Virus record (IMG/VR): IMGVR_UViG_2687453424_000001
Direction: 5' to 3' (one strand)
Length of the DNA stretch: 64,000 nucleotides
Source: a virus
Taxonomy: Duplodnaviria; Heunggongvirae; Uroviricota; Caudoviricetes
Every line of letters begins with the position of its first letter. Positions within the stretch are counted from its first letter, which is position 1. Below, piece by piece: positions 1 to 12,290 of this stretch. The notes under the pieces are model-generated. The model was not told the DNA's origin and ran no database searches. It worked only from the letters and a program-made list of their open reading frames with translations. The position numbers and the translations under genes are program-made.

Positions 1-280
1 ACCCACACCCACAACTGCCCCCAGTGACCCCAAAGAGACCTCTCAGACCCACAGCTGATGCCCAAATGATACCCCAGACCTACAACTGCCATCCAAGTGA
101 CCCTCCAGACCCACAAGTGCCCCCCACGTGACCCCAAAATAACTCCTCAGACCCACAACTGACCTACAAGTGATCCCAAGTGACCCCCATTACCTACAAC
201 TGCCCCCAAGGTGACCACCAAGTGACCCCCCAGACCCACAACTGCCCCCCCAGTGACCTCAAAGAGACCGCTCAGAACAT
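1..280. repeat. C/A-rich degenerate tandem minisatellite (units of roughly 25-45 bp built on cagacccacaactgcccccagtgacc)
   Basis: Direct reading: repeated variants of acccaca(a/g)ctgcccc..agtgacccc..agac across the first 280 bp. Confidence 0.6.
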
Positions 281-1086
281 GCTGCTCAGGCAGTAGACTT
301 GCAGCTGCTTTCCTATGTTAGGAAATTGAAATGACTTTTGCCTAGCTAGAAGGATGGGATTATTTAGTTTGCTTCTTGGATCAGTTTGAAGTCAAGATCC
401 TCACCTCTTTGTATACAGAGACAGAGGTTTGCACTCTGCAGAAGTGAAGATTCTGATGAGGTGAGGTGGTAAAAGGCAGAAGCTCCCTCCTGAATAGACT
501 TAATGCTCTGTAAACACCAATGTATTGAAACAGAAATGGAATCATAGGAAGGACTCTAAGACACTCAGATTTATTCCACAAGAAGGCTTCTTGTGCAAAC
601 ACGGCTCAGAATAAATCTGAACTCCAGCCTTTAAGTGCTACTTCCAAAAGAAACAGGGGAAAAATGGTCAAGAAGATTTTTAGAATTATTTCTTTTATGT
701 ATCTCGAGCTAATCAAAAGATCCAGATTGTTGCTGAGATGTTAAAACCAATGAACAGATCAGCTGTGTAATCAAAAGAGGTGCACGCACGACTCAAGAGA
801 GTTTCTCCTTCTTGCCTTTTTGTGCCAGGAGGCTGGTAATACCTTCTGACAGCCAAAGATCTCCGTGTCCTGACATACTGTCACTGGAGCTGTCTTTATT
901 TCCAGCCAAACAAGGGGCAGGACAACTGCACCCAGTGAACAGTAACCAATAAAAACTCTCCTTTGAATTAATGCCCTTTTGCACTTCAGGCCTGCCCTGA
1001 AATGTGAAGGCTCTTTATTTTGACCTTAGCCTGGTAAGCAGATGGGAAGTCACCCAAGTGTTTGCTCACATACCTAAAATAGGGAA

Positions 1087-1428
1087 ATGGGGCTTCTTTT
1101 GGTTAGTGCCTGTGTCACATCAGGCTGTTATGTTTTCATAGTGGGGTCCTATGTGCAGATCTTCAGGGCCGTGCTGAGGATCCCCTCTGAGCAGGGACCC
1201 CACAAAGCCTTTCCCACGTGCCTCCCTCACCTGGACGTGCTCTCCCTGTTTGTCAGCACTGGTACCTTTGCCTACCTAAAGCCCCTCTCCGTCTCCTCTG
1301 CCTCCCAGGATCTGGCTATGGTGGTGCTGTACTCAGTGTTGCCTCCAGCAGGAAACCCCCTCATCTGCAGCCTGAGAAACCAGGAGCTCAAGGATGCTCT
1401 GAGGAAGCTGGTGACCAGATGCGTTTGA
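1087..1428 (+). pseudogene. Olfactory receptor gene fragment (TM5-TM7 and C-terminus), 5'-truncated
   Basis: ORF translation has the OR C-terminal pattern (RIPSxxGxxKAF.TC..HL.V, NPLIxSLRN then K.AL.KL). The canonical NPLIY is NPLIC here, and an in-frame stop (taa 1075-1077) lies just upstream with no OR-like TM1-4 in any frame. Confidence 0.5.
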
Positions 1429-1773
1429 GCAGCCATACACTGCTTGCTTTACCCTGGAAACGGTTTCCATTGTAGATCATGACAGACCACGTCTGTCTTT
1501 GCTGCTTTACAGTTCTTTTCCTTTTTCCACTTGAGAAGTTGCTGTCTTCAAAAAAGGTCAGTTTTCATCACCTCCTACTTGTCTGACCCACAGACTTTGT
1601 ATCAATAGAGGTCCCTTTTTGTATGTAAGCACAATAAACCATCCTGCAGCAACTTCTCTGTGCTATGTACTCACATGGCAGGAATGAAAGGGAATGAAAT
1701 CAGCTTTCTGGCTGCTCCAGCTCTGGGATGGCTGCTCTGTGCCTGGAGCAGAAGAGCTCTTGGAGAGCCTGGC

Positions 1774-4700
1774 NNNNNNNNNNNNNNNNNNNNNNNNNNN
1801 NNNNNNNNNNNNNNNNNNNNNNNNNNNNNNNNNNNNNNNNNNNNNNNNNNNNNNNNNNNNNNNNNNNNNNNNNNNNNNNNNNNNNNNNNNNNNNNNNNNN
1901 NNNNNNNNNNNNNNNNNNNNNNNNNNNNNNNNNNNNNNNNNNNNNNNNNNNNNNNNNNNNNNNNNNNNNNNNNNNNNNNNNNNNNNNNNNNNNNNNNNNN
2001 NNNNNNNNNNNNNNNNNNNNNNNNNNNNNNNNNNNNNNNNNNNNNNNNNNNNNNNNNNNNNNNNNNNNNNNNNNNNNNNNNNNNNNNNNNNNNNNNNNNN
2101 NNNNNNNNNNNNNNNNNNNNNNNNNNNNNNNNNNNNNNNNNNNNNNNNNNNNNNNNNNNNNNNNNNNNNNNNNNNNNNNNNNNNNNNNNNNNNNNNNNNN
2201 NNNNNNNNNNNNNNNNNNNNNNNNNNNNNNNNNNNNNNNNNNNNNNNNNNNNNNNNNNNNNNNNNNNNNNNNNNNNNNNNNNNNNNNNNNNNNNNNNNNN
2301 NNNNNNNNNNNNNNNNNNNNNNNNNNNNNNNNNNNNNNNNNNNNNNNNNNNNNNNNNNNNNNNNNNNNNNNNNNNNNNNNNNNNNNNNNNNNNNNNNNNN
2401 NNNNNNNNNNNNNNNNNNNNNNNNNNNNNNNNNNNNNNNNNNNNNNNNNNNNNNNNNNNNNNNNNNNNNNNNNNNNNNNNNNNNNNNNNNNNNNNNNNNN
2501 NNNNNNNNNNNNNNNNNNNNNNNNNNNNNNNNNNNNNNNNNNNNNNNNNNNNNNNNNNNNNNNNNNNNNNNNNNNNNNNNNNNNNNNNNNNNNNNNNNNN
2601 NNNNNNNNNNNNNNNNNNNNNNNNNNNNNNNNNNNNNNNNNNNNNNNNNNNNNNNNNNNNNNNNNNNNNNNNNNNNNNNNNNNNNNNNNNNNNNNNNNNN
2701 NNNNNNNNNNNNNNNNNNNNNNNNNNNNNNNNNNNNNNNNNNNNNNNNNNNNNNNNNNNNNNNNNNNNNNNNNNNNNNNNNNNNNNNNNNNNNNNNNNNN
2801 NNNNNNNNNNNNNNNNNNNNNNNNNNNNNNNNNNNNNNNNNNNNNNNNNNNNNNNNNNNNNNNNNNNNNNNNNNNNNNNNNNNNNNNNNNNNNNNNNNNN
2901 NNNNNNNNNNNNNNNNNNNNNNNNNNNNNNNNNNNNNNNNNNNNNNNNNNNNNNNNNNNNNNNNNNNNNNNNNNNNNNNNNNNNNNNNNNNNNNNNNNNN
3001 NNNNNNNNNNNNNNNNNNNNNNNNNNNNNNNNNNNNNNNNNNNNNNNNNNNNNNNNNNNNNNNNNNNNNNNNNNNNNNNNNNNNNNNNNNNNNNNNNNNN
3101 NNNNNNNNNNNNNNNNNNNNNNNNNNNNNNNNNNNNNNNNNNNNNNNNNNNNNNNNNNNNNNNNNNNNNNNNNNNNNNNNNNNNNNNNNNNNNNNNNNNN
3201 NNNNNNNNNNNNNNNNNNNNNNNNNNNNNNNNNNNNNNNNNNNNNNNNNNNNNNNNNNNNNNNNNNNNNNNNNNNNNNNNNNNNNNNNNNNNNNNNNNNN
3301 NNNNNNNNNNNNNNNNNNNNNNNNNNNNNNNNNNNNNNNNNNNNNNNNNNNNNNNNNNNNNNNNNNNNNNNNNNNNNNNNNNNNNNNNNNNNNNNNNNNN
3401 NNNNNNNNNNNNNNNNNNNNNNNNNNNNNNNNNNNNNNNNNNNNNNNNNNNNNNNNNNNNNNNNNNNNNNNNNNNNNNNNNNNNNNNNNNNNNNNNNNNN
3501 NNNNNNNNNNNNNNNNNNNNNNNNNNNNNNNNNNNNNNNNNNNNNNNNNNNNNNNNNNNNNNNNNNNNNNNNNNNNNNNNNNNNNNNNNNNNNNNNNNNN
3601 NNNNNNNNNNNNNNNNNNNNNNNNNNNNNNNNNNNNNNNNNNNNNNNNNNNNNNNNNNNNNNNNNNNNNNNNNNNNNNNNNNNNNNNNNNNNNNNNNNNN
3701 NNNNNNNNNNNNNNNNNNNNNNNNNNNNNNNNNNNNNNNNNNNNNNNNNNNNNNNNNNNNNNNNNNNNNNNNNNNNNNNNNNNNNNNNNNNNNNNNNNNN
3801 NNNNNNNNNNNNNNNNNNNNNNNNNNNNNNNNNNNNNNNNNNNNNNNNNNNNNNNNNNNNNNNNNNNNNNNNNNNNNNNNNNNNNNNNNNNNNNNNNNNN
3901 NNNNNNNNNNNNNNNNNNNNNNNNNNNNNNNNNNNNNNNNNNNNNNNNNNNNNNNNNNNNNNNNNNNNNNNNNNNNNNNNNNNNNNNNNNNNNNNNNNNN
4001 NNNNNNNNNNNNNNNNNNNNNNNNNNNNNNNNNNNNNNNNNNNNNNNNNNNNNNNNNNNNNNNNNNNNNNNNNNNNNNNNNNNNNNNNNNNNNNNNNNNN
4101 NNNNNNNNNNNNNNNNNNNNNNNNNNNNNNNNNNNNNNNNNNNNNNNNNNNNNNNNNNNNNNNNNNNNNNNNNNNNNNNNNNNNNNNNNNNNNNNNNNNN
4201 NNNNNNNNNNNNNNNNNNNNNNNNNNNNNNNNNNNNNNNNNNNNNNNNNNNNNNNNNNNNNNNNNNNNNNNNNNNNNNNNNNNNNNNNNNNNNNNNNNNN
4301 NNNNNNNNNNNNNNNNNNNNNNNNNNNNNNNNNNNNNNNNNNNNNNNNNNNNNNNNNNNNNNNNNNNNNNNNNNNNNNNNNNNNNNNNNNNNNNNNNNNN
4401 NNNNNNNNNNNNNNNNNNNNNNNNNNNNNNNNNNNNNNNNNNNNNNNNNNNNNNNNNNNNNNNNNNNNNNNNNNNNNNNNNNNNNNNNNNNNNNNNNNNN
4501 NNNNNNNNNNNNNNNNNNNNNNNNNNNNNNNNNNNNNNNNNNNNNNNNNNNNNNNNNNNNNNNNNNNNNNNNNNNNNNNNNNNNNNNNNNNNNNNNNNNN
4601 NNNNNNNNNNNNNNNNNNNNNNNNNNNNNNNNNNNNNNNNNNNNNNNNNNNNNNNNNNNNNNNNNNNNNNNNNNNNNNNNNNNNNNNNNNNNNNNNNNNN

Positions 4701-6838
4701 NNNNNNNNNNNNNNNNNNNNNNNNNNNNNNNNNNNNNNNNNNNNNNNNNNNNNNNNNNNNNNNNNNNNNNNNNNNNNNNNNNNNNNNNNNNNNNNNNNNN
4801 NNNNNNNNNNNNNNNNNNNNNNNNNNNNNNNNNNNNNNNNNNNNNNNNNNNNNNNNNNNNNNNNNNNNNNNNNNNNNNNNNNNNNNNNNNNNNNNNNNNN
4901 NNNNNNNNNNNNNNNNNNNNNNNNNNNNNNNNNNNNNNNNNNNNNNNNNNNNNNNNNNNNNNNNNNNNNNNNNNNNNNNNNNNNNNNNNNNNNNNNNNNN
5001 NNNNNNNNNNNNNNNNNNNNNNNNNNNNNNNNNNNNNNNNNNNNNNNNNNNNNNNNNNNNNNNNNNNNNNNNNNNNNNNNNNNNNNNNNNNNNNNNNNNN
5101 NNNNNNNNNNNNNNNNNNNNNNNNNNNNNNNNNNNNNNNNNNNNNNNNNNNNNNNNNNNNNNNNNNNNNNNNNNNNNNNNNNNNNNNNNNNNNNNNNNNN
5201 NNNNNNNNNNNNNNNNNNNNNNNNNNNNNNNNNNNNNNNNNNNNNNNNNNNNNNNNNNNNNNNNNNNNNNNNNNNNNNNNNNNNNNNNNNNNNNNNNNNN
5301 NNNNNNNNNNNNNNNNNNNNNNNNNNNNNNNNNNNNNNNNNNNNNNNNNNNNNNNNNNNNNNNNNNNNNNNNNNNNNNNNNNNNNNNNNNNNNNNNNNNN
5401 NNNNNNNNNNNNNNNNNNNNNNNNNNNNNNNNNNNNNNNNNNNNNNNNNNNNNNNNNNNNNNNNNNNNNNNNNNNNNNNNNNNNNNNNNNNNNNNNNNNN
5501 NNNNNNNNNNNNNNNNNNNNNNNNNNNNNNNNNNNNNNNNNNNNNNNNNNNNNNNNNNNNNNNNNNNNNNNNNNNNNNNNNNNNNNNNNNNNNNNNNNNN
5601 NNNNNNNNNNNNNNNNNNNNNNNNNNNNNNNNNNNNNNNNNNNNNNNNNNNNNNNNNNNNNNNNNNNNNNNNNNNNNNNNNNNNNNNNNNNNNNNNNNNN
5701 NNNNNNNNNNNNNNNNNNNNNNNNNNNNNNNNNNNNNNNNNNNNNNNNNNNNNNNNNNNNNNNNNNNNNNNNNNNNNNNNNNNNNNNNNNNNNNNNNNNN
5801 NNNNNNNNNNNNNNNNNNNNNNNNNNNNNNNNNNNNNNNNNNNNNNNNNNNNNNNNNNNNNNNNNNNNNNNNNNNNNNNNNNNNNNNNNNNNNNNNNNNN
5901 NNNNNNNNNNNNNNNNNNNNNNNNNNNNNNNNNNNNNNNNNNNNNNNNNNNNNNNNNNNNNNNNNNNNNNNNNNNNNNNNNNNNNNNNNNNNNNNNNNNN
6001 NNNNNNNNNNNNNNNNNNNNNNNNNNNNNNNNNNNNNNNNNNNNNNNNNNNNNNNNNNNNNNNNNNNNNNNNNNNNNNNNNNNNNNNNNNNNNNNNNNNN
6101 NNNNNNNNNNNNNNNNNNNNNNNNNNNNNNNNNNNNNNNNNNNNNNNNNNNNNNNNNNNNNNNNNNNNNNNNNNNNNNNNNNNNNNNNNNNNNNNNNNNN
6201 NNNNNNNNNNNNNNNNNNNNNNNNNNNNNNNNNNNNNNNNNNNNNNNNNNNNNNNNNNNNNNNNNNNNNNNNNNNNNNNNNNNNNNNNNNNNNNNNNNNN
6301 NNNNNNNNNNNNNNNNNNNNNNNNNNNNNNNNNNNNNNNNNNNNNNNNNNNNNNNNNNNNNNNNNNNNNNNNNNNNNNNNNNNNNNNNNNNNNNNNNNNN
6401 NNNNNNNNNNNNNNNNNNNNNNNNNNNNNNNNNNNNNNNNNNNNNNNNNNNNNNNNNNNNNNNNNNNNNNNNNNNNNNNNNNNNNNNNNNNNNNNNNNNN
6501 NNNNNNNNNNNNNNNNNNNNNNNNNNNNNNNNNNNNNNNNNNNNNNNNNNNNNNNNNNNNNNNNNNNNNNNNNNNNNNNNNNNNNNNNNNNNNNNNNNNN
6601 NNNNNNNNNNNNNNNNNNNNNNNNNNNNNNNNNNNNNNNNNNNNNNNNNNNNNNNNNNNNNNNNNNNNNNNNNNNNNNNNNNNNNNNNNNNNNNNNNNNN
6701 NNNNNNNNNNNNNNNNNNNNNNNNNNNNNNNNNNNNNNNNNNNNNNNNNNNNNNNNNNNNNNNNNNNNNNNNNNNNNNNNNNNNNNNNNNNNNNNNNNNN
6801 NNNNNNNNNNNNNNNNNNNNNNNNNNNNNNNNNNNNNN
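1774..6838. other. N-run (assembly gap or masked sequence), 5065 nt
   Basis: Uninterrupted n characters. Confidence 1.
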
Positions 6839-6899
6839 TTTTCCAACTCAGACTGAATCAAGCCTTGAACAATTTGCTCTGACCCTGTTCCTGATGGGT

Positions 6900-7335
6900 T
6901 AGACTTGAGAACTCCTGGGGTCCTTTCCAACCTCTGCTCTCTTATGATCCAACAATGATGGGTTTATGAAGAGTCACAAAAATGCTCCAAGGGCTGGAGC
7001 ACATCTCTGATGAAGACAGGCTGAGAGAGCTGGGGATGTTCAGCCTGGAGAAGACAAGGTTCCAGGGATACATCTTAGCAAGCTGCCCATTTCTAAACAC
7101 GGCCTACAAGAAATCTGGACAGGGGCTTTTTACAAGTGTGTGCAATTACAGGAGAAGGGGAGATGGCTTTGAGCTGAAAGAGGGGGATTTAGATCAGACA
7201 TTAGGAAGGAATTCTTCCCTGTGACAGTGGTGGGACACTGGCACAGGGTGCCCAGAGAAGCTGTGGCTGCCCCGTCCCCGGCAATGTTCAAGGCAAGGTT
7301 GGACACAGGGGCTTGGAGCAACCTGCTCTAGTGGA
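6900..7335 (+). mobile_element. CR1 LINE 3'-end fragments (ORF2 C-terminus and 3' tail)
   Basis: ORF 6982..7224 reads LEHISDEDRLRELGMFSLEK...GDGFELKEG, and the following frame reads VVGHWHRVPREAVAAPSPAMFKARLD, matching the conserved CR1 ORF2 C-terminus ([22 protein letters not shown] ... RVVRHWNRLPREVV..PSLEVFK). 6900-6955 carries a CR1-tail-like ggtcctttccaacc...tatgatcc motif. Confidence 0.7.
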
Positions 7336-7470
7336 CCACCATAAAACACCTCCATAACACCCAGAAACACCTGTGAAACACCTCAAAAATAACCCCAAAC
7401 CACTCCTACAACTGCCGAAGGACACCTTGAAACATCCCCAGAGCCCCCAAAACACCATTGGCATCCTCCA
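7336..7470. repeat. C/A-rich low-complexity repeat (aacacc/aaacacctc units)
   Basis: Direct reading: repeated (a)aacacct motifs. Confidence 0.4.
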
Positions 7471-7979
7471 AACCATTCAGGTCCTTGTCTTCCCCCTGCT
7501 GTGATGCCGTGGCATAAATCAAACCCTAGACACAAAATCCCTGTTCTTGACCCTAATTTTAACCCTCACTGATTTTTATAATGTTATAATATTGTAATAG
7601 AATGTAAGTAAATTATCTATTATAATAATAGAAATGCTTGTCTGTCTATATTACTATTATAAATTATACACTAATATAAATGCTTTTCAGTCCAGTGGGC
7701 CCATGACACCTCAGGTCATAGAAACTGGCCTGAAGGGATGCGTTGCTGCTTGGGTTGGGCTGGGTGTCGCTCAGAACATGCTGAACAATTGCATTGGGCA
7801 TCACTGTCGCTATAGGTCCTTTCTTTTCCCTTTTGGTTCTGTATCTCTCCCCTTGTTGTTTCCATTCTTATTAATAACAATAACACTAATATTACATTGT
7901 GCTTGATTTCAGTTCCTGACCTGTTCTCATCTCCACCTGTGGGTTTCACATTGTTCCCATTCTCCCCCCTATCCCACGC

Positions 7980-8462
7980 GGGTGCTGAGCGAGCGGCTGC
8001 TGGTGCTGAGTTCCCGGCTGGGTTTCAACACTGCCCCTGTCCTGGCCCCTTTGCTGTGGCAGCAGGGGCTGGACGTTTGCACTCTTGGAGCTGGGCTCTT
8101 TGTATGGGCACGCAGCTGGAAGCAGCATTCTTTGGCTCAGGAAGCGCAGCTCCCCAGTGTTGCTGGGGCTGGGGCAGTGCTTGCCAAGGGCAGGGGAGGC
8201 CCAGCAACAGCTCCTGTCCTGGCCCTGCTGCTGGGGGAGCAGAGGGGCTCCCGCGGGCATTGCCGCAGTCAGGATTGCGCAGGTGTGCCCAGAGCCCACC
8301 AGCTCCTTCCCACCTTGCGCAATGCCCGCTGGGCTTCTGGGCTGTGCCTGCGCCTGCCAGGGCCTTTGTCACCTTCCAGAATGCATTGGCAGAGCCCAGC
8401 AGAGCACTGGAGCCTTGCGCAATGCCCGCCGCTGGCCTGGCCTTTACCAGAGCCCAGCGGCA
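7980..8462. repeat. GC-rich satellite-like repeat (unit ~100-140 bp with gcaatgccc and ccttccagaatg cores)
   Basis: ccttgcgcaatgcccgc occurs at 8313 and 8414, and ccttccagaatg at 8372. The same family recurs at 12290-13000, on the other side of the N-run. Confidence 0.5.
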
Positions 8463-11400
8463 NNNNNNNNNNNNNNNNNNNNNNNNNNNNNNNNNNNNNN
8501 NNNNNNNNNNNNNNNNNNNNNNNNNNNNNNNNNNNNNNNNNNNNNNNNNNNNNNNNNNNNNNNNNNNNNNNNNNNNNNNNNNNNNNNNNNNNNNNNNNNN
8601 NNNNNNNNNNNNNNNNNNNNNNNNNNNNNNNNNNNNNNNNNNNNNNNNNNNNNNNNNNNNNNNNNNNNNNNNNNNNNNNNNNNNNNNNNNNNNNNNNNNN
8701 NNNNNNNNNNNNNNNNNNNNNNNNNNNNNNNNNNNNNNNNNNNNNNNNNNNNNNNNNNNNNNNNNNNNNNNNNNNNNNNNNNNNNNNNNNNNNNNNNNNN
8801 NNNNNNNNNNNNNNNNNNNNNNNNNNNNNNNNNNNNNNNNNNNNNNNNNNNNNNNNNNNNNNNNNNNNNNNNNNNNNNNNNNNNNNNNNNNNNNNNNNNN
8901 NNNNNNNNNNNNNNNNNNNNNNNNNNNNNNNNNNNNNNNNNNNNNNNNNNNNNNNNNNNNNNNNNNNNNNNNNNNNNNNNNNNNNNNNNNNNNNNNNNNN
9001 NNNNNNNNNNNNNNNNNNNNNNNNNNNNNNNNNNNNNNNNNNNNNNNNNNNNNNNNNNNNNNNNNNNNNNNNNNNNNNNNNNNNNNNNNNNNNNNNNNNN
9101 NNNNNNNNNNNNNNNNNNNNNNNNNNNNNNNNNNNNNNNNNNNNNNNNNNNNNNNNNNNNNNNNNNNNNNNNNNNNNNNNNNNNNNNNNNNNNNNNNNNN
9201 NNNNNNNNNNNNNNNNNNNNNNNNNNNNNNNNNNNNNNNNNNNNNNNNNNNNNNNNNNNNNNNNNNNNNNNNNNNNNNNNNNNNNNNNNNNNNNNNNNNN
9301 NNNNNNNNNNNNNNNNNNNNNNNNNNNNNNNNNNNNNNNNNNNNNNNNNNNNNNNNNNNNNNNNNNNNNNNNNNNNNNNNNNNNNNNNNNNNNNNNNNNN
9401 NNNNNNNNNNNNNNNNNNNNNNNNNNNNNNNNNNNNNNNNNNNNNNNNNNNNNNNNNNNNNNNNNNNNNNNNNNNNNNNNNNNNNNNNNNNNNNNNNNNN
9501 NNNNNNNNNNNNNNNNNNNNNNNNNNNNNNNNNNNNNNNNNNNNNNNNNNNNNNNNNNNNNNNNNNNNNNNNNNNNNNNNNNNNNNNNNNNNNNNNNNNN
9601 NNNNNNNNNNNNNNNNNNNNNNNNNNNNNNNNNNNNNNNNNNNNNNNNNNNNNNNNNNNNNNNNNNNNNNNNNNNNNNNNNNNNNNNNNNNNNNNNNNNN
9701 NNNNNNNNNNNNNNNNNNNNNNNNNNNNNNNNNNNNNNNNNNNNNNNNNNNNNNNNNNNNNNNNNNNNNNNNNNNNNNNNNNNNNNNNNNNNNNNNNNNN
9801 NNNNNNNNNNNNNNNNNNNNNNNNNNNNNNNNNNNNNNNNNNNNNNNNNNNNNNNNNNNNNNNNNNNNNNNNNNNNNNNNNNNNNNNNNNNNNNNNNNNN
9901 NNNNNNNNNNNNNNNNNNNNNNNNNNNNNNNNNNNNNNNNNNNNNNNNNNNNNNNNNNNNNNNNNNNNNNNNNNNNNNNNNNNNNNNNNNNNNNNNNNNN
10001 NNNNNNNNNNNNNNNNNNNNNNNNNNNNNNNNNNNNNNNNNNNNNNNNNNNNNNNNNNNNNNNNNNNNNNNNNNNNNNNNNNNNNNNNNNNNNNNNNNNN
10101 NNNNNNNNNNNNNNNNNNNNNNNNNNNNNNNNNNNNNNNNNNNNNNNNNNNNNNNNNNNNNNNNNNNNNNNNNNNNNNNNNNNNNNNNNNNNNNNNNNNN
10201 NNNNNNNNNNNNNNNNNNNNNNNNNNNNNNNNNNNNNNNNNNNNNNNNNNNNNNNNNNNNNNNNNNNNNNNNNNNNNNNNNNNNNNNNNNNNNNNNNNNN
10301 NNNNNNNNNNNNNNNNNNNNNNNNNNNNNNNNNNNNNNNNNNNNNNNNNNNNNNNNNNNNNNNNNNNNNNNNNNNNNNNNNNNNNNNNNNNNNNNNNNNN
10401 NNNNNNNNNNNNNNNNNNNNNNNNNNNNNNNNNNNNNNNNNNNNNNNNNNNNNNNNNNNNNNNNNNNNNNNNNNNNNNNNNNNNNNNNNNNNNNNNNNNN
10501 NNNNNNNNNNNNNNNNNNNNNNNNNNNNNNNNNNNNNNNNNNNNNNNNNNNNNNNNNNNNNNNNNNNNNNNNNNNNNNNNNNNNNNNNNNNNNNNNNNNN
10601 NNNNNNNNNNNNNNNNNNNNNNNNNNNNNNNNNNNNNNNNNNNNNNNNNNNNNNNNNNNNNNNNNNNNNNNNNNNNNNNNNNNNNNNNNNNNNNNNNNNN
10701 NNNNNNNNNNNNNNNNNNNNNNNNNNNNNNNNNNNNNNNNNNNNNNNNNNNNNNNNNNNNNNNNNNNNNNNNNNNNNNNNNNNNNNNNNNNNNNNNNNNN
10801 NNNNNNNNNNNNNNNNNNNNNNNNNNNNNNNNNNNNNNNNNNNNNNNNNNNNNNNNNNNNNNNNNNNNNNNNNNNNNNNNNNNNNNNNNNNNNNNNNNNN
10901 NNNNNNNNNNNNNNNNNNNNNNNNNNNNNNNNNNNNNNNNNNNNNNNNNNNNNNNNNNNNNNNNNNNNNNNNNNNNNNNNNNNNNNNNNNNNNNNNNNNN
11001 NNNNNNNNNNNNNNNNNNNNNNNNNNNNNNNNNNNNNNNNNNNNNNNNNNNNNNNNNNNNNNNNNNNNNNNNNNNNNNNNNNNNNNNNNNNNNNNNNNNN
11101 NNNNNNNNNNNNNNNNNNNNNNNNNNNNNNNNNNNNNNNNNNNNNNNNNNNNNNNNNNNNNNNNNNNNNNNNNNNNNNNNNNNNNNNNNNNNNNNNNNNN
11201 NNNNNNNNNNNNNNNNNNNNNNNNNNNNNNNNNNNNNNNNNNNNNNNNNNNNNNNNNNNNNNNNNNNNNNNNNNNNNNNNNNNNNNNNNNNNNNNNNNNN
11301 NNNNNNNNNNNNNNNNNNNNNNNNNNNNNNNNNNNNNNNNNNNNNNNNNNNNNNNNNNNNNNNNNNNNNNNNNNNNNNNNNNNNNNNNNNNNNNNNNNNN

Positions 11401-12042
11401 NNNNNNNNNNNNNNNNNNNNNNNNNNNNNNNNNNNNNNNNNNNNNNNNNNNNNNNNNNNNNNNNNNNNNNNNNNNNNNNNNNNNNNNNNNNNNNNNNNNN
11501 NNNNNNNNNNNNNNNNNNNNNNNNNNNNNNNNNNNNNNNNNNNNNNNNNNNNNNNNNNNNNNNNNNNNNNNNNNNNNNNNNNNNNNNNNNNNNNNNNNNN
11601 NNNNNNNNNNNNNNNNNNNNNNNNNNNNNNNNNNNNNNNNNNNNNNNNNNNNNNNNNNNNNNNNNNNNNNNNNNNNNNNNNNNNNNNNNNNNNNNNNNNN
11701 NNNNNNNNNNNNNNNNNNNNNNNNNNNNNNNNNNNNNNNNNNNNNNNNNNNNNNNNNNNNNNNNNNNNNNNNNNNNNNNNNNNNNNNNNNNNNNNNNNNN
11801 NNNNNNNNNNNNNNNNNNNNNNNNNNNNNNNNNNNNNNNNNNNNNNNNNNNNNNNNNNNNNNNNNNNNNNNNNNNNNNNNNNNNNNNNNNNNNNNNNNNN
11901 NNNNNNNNNNNNNNNNNNNNNNNNNNNNNNNNNNNNNNNNNNNNNNNNNNNNNNNNNNNNNNNNNNNNNNNNNNNNNNNNNNNNNNNNNNNNNNNNNNNN
12001 NNNNNNNNNNNNNNNNNNNNNNNNNNNNNNNNNNNNNNNNNN
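8463..12042. other. N-run, 3580 nt
   Basis: Uninterrupted n characters, flanked on both sides by the same repeat family. Confidence 1.
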
Positions 12043-12124
12043 CCTGCGAGGGGTCACAGCTCAGCCTGGGCAATGGAACAGGGCATCACGGCCACCGACG
12101 AGAAGTGAAGAGTGACCGACATTG

Positions 12125-12290
12125 GCACAGCAGAAAATCATGGAATCCCAGACAGGGCTGGACTGGAAGGGAACTTAAAGCTCCTCCAATCCACTGCCAT
12201 GGGTAGGGACATCTTCCACTAGAACAGTTTACTCCAACCTCTGTCCAACCTGGTCTTGAACACTGCCAGAGTTGGAAGTCACTGATTAAT
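12125..12290. mobile_element. Avian interspersed repeat fragment (LTR-like family common in bird genomes; classification uncertain)
   Basis: Motifs ggaagggaacttaaag...ccactgccatgggtagggacatcttccactag...ccaacctggtcttgaacactgcc match a repeat I recognise from many bird loci. A second copy lies at 28585-28680. Confidence 0.4.
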
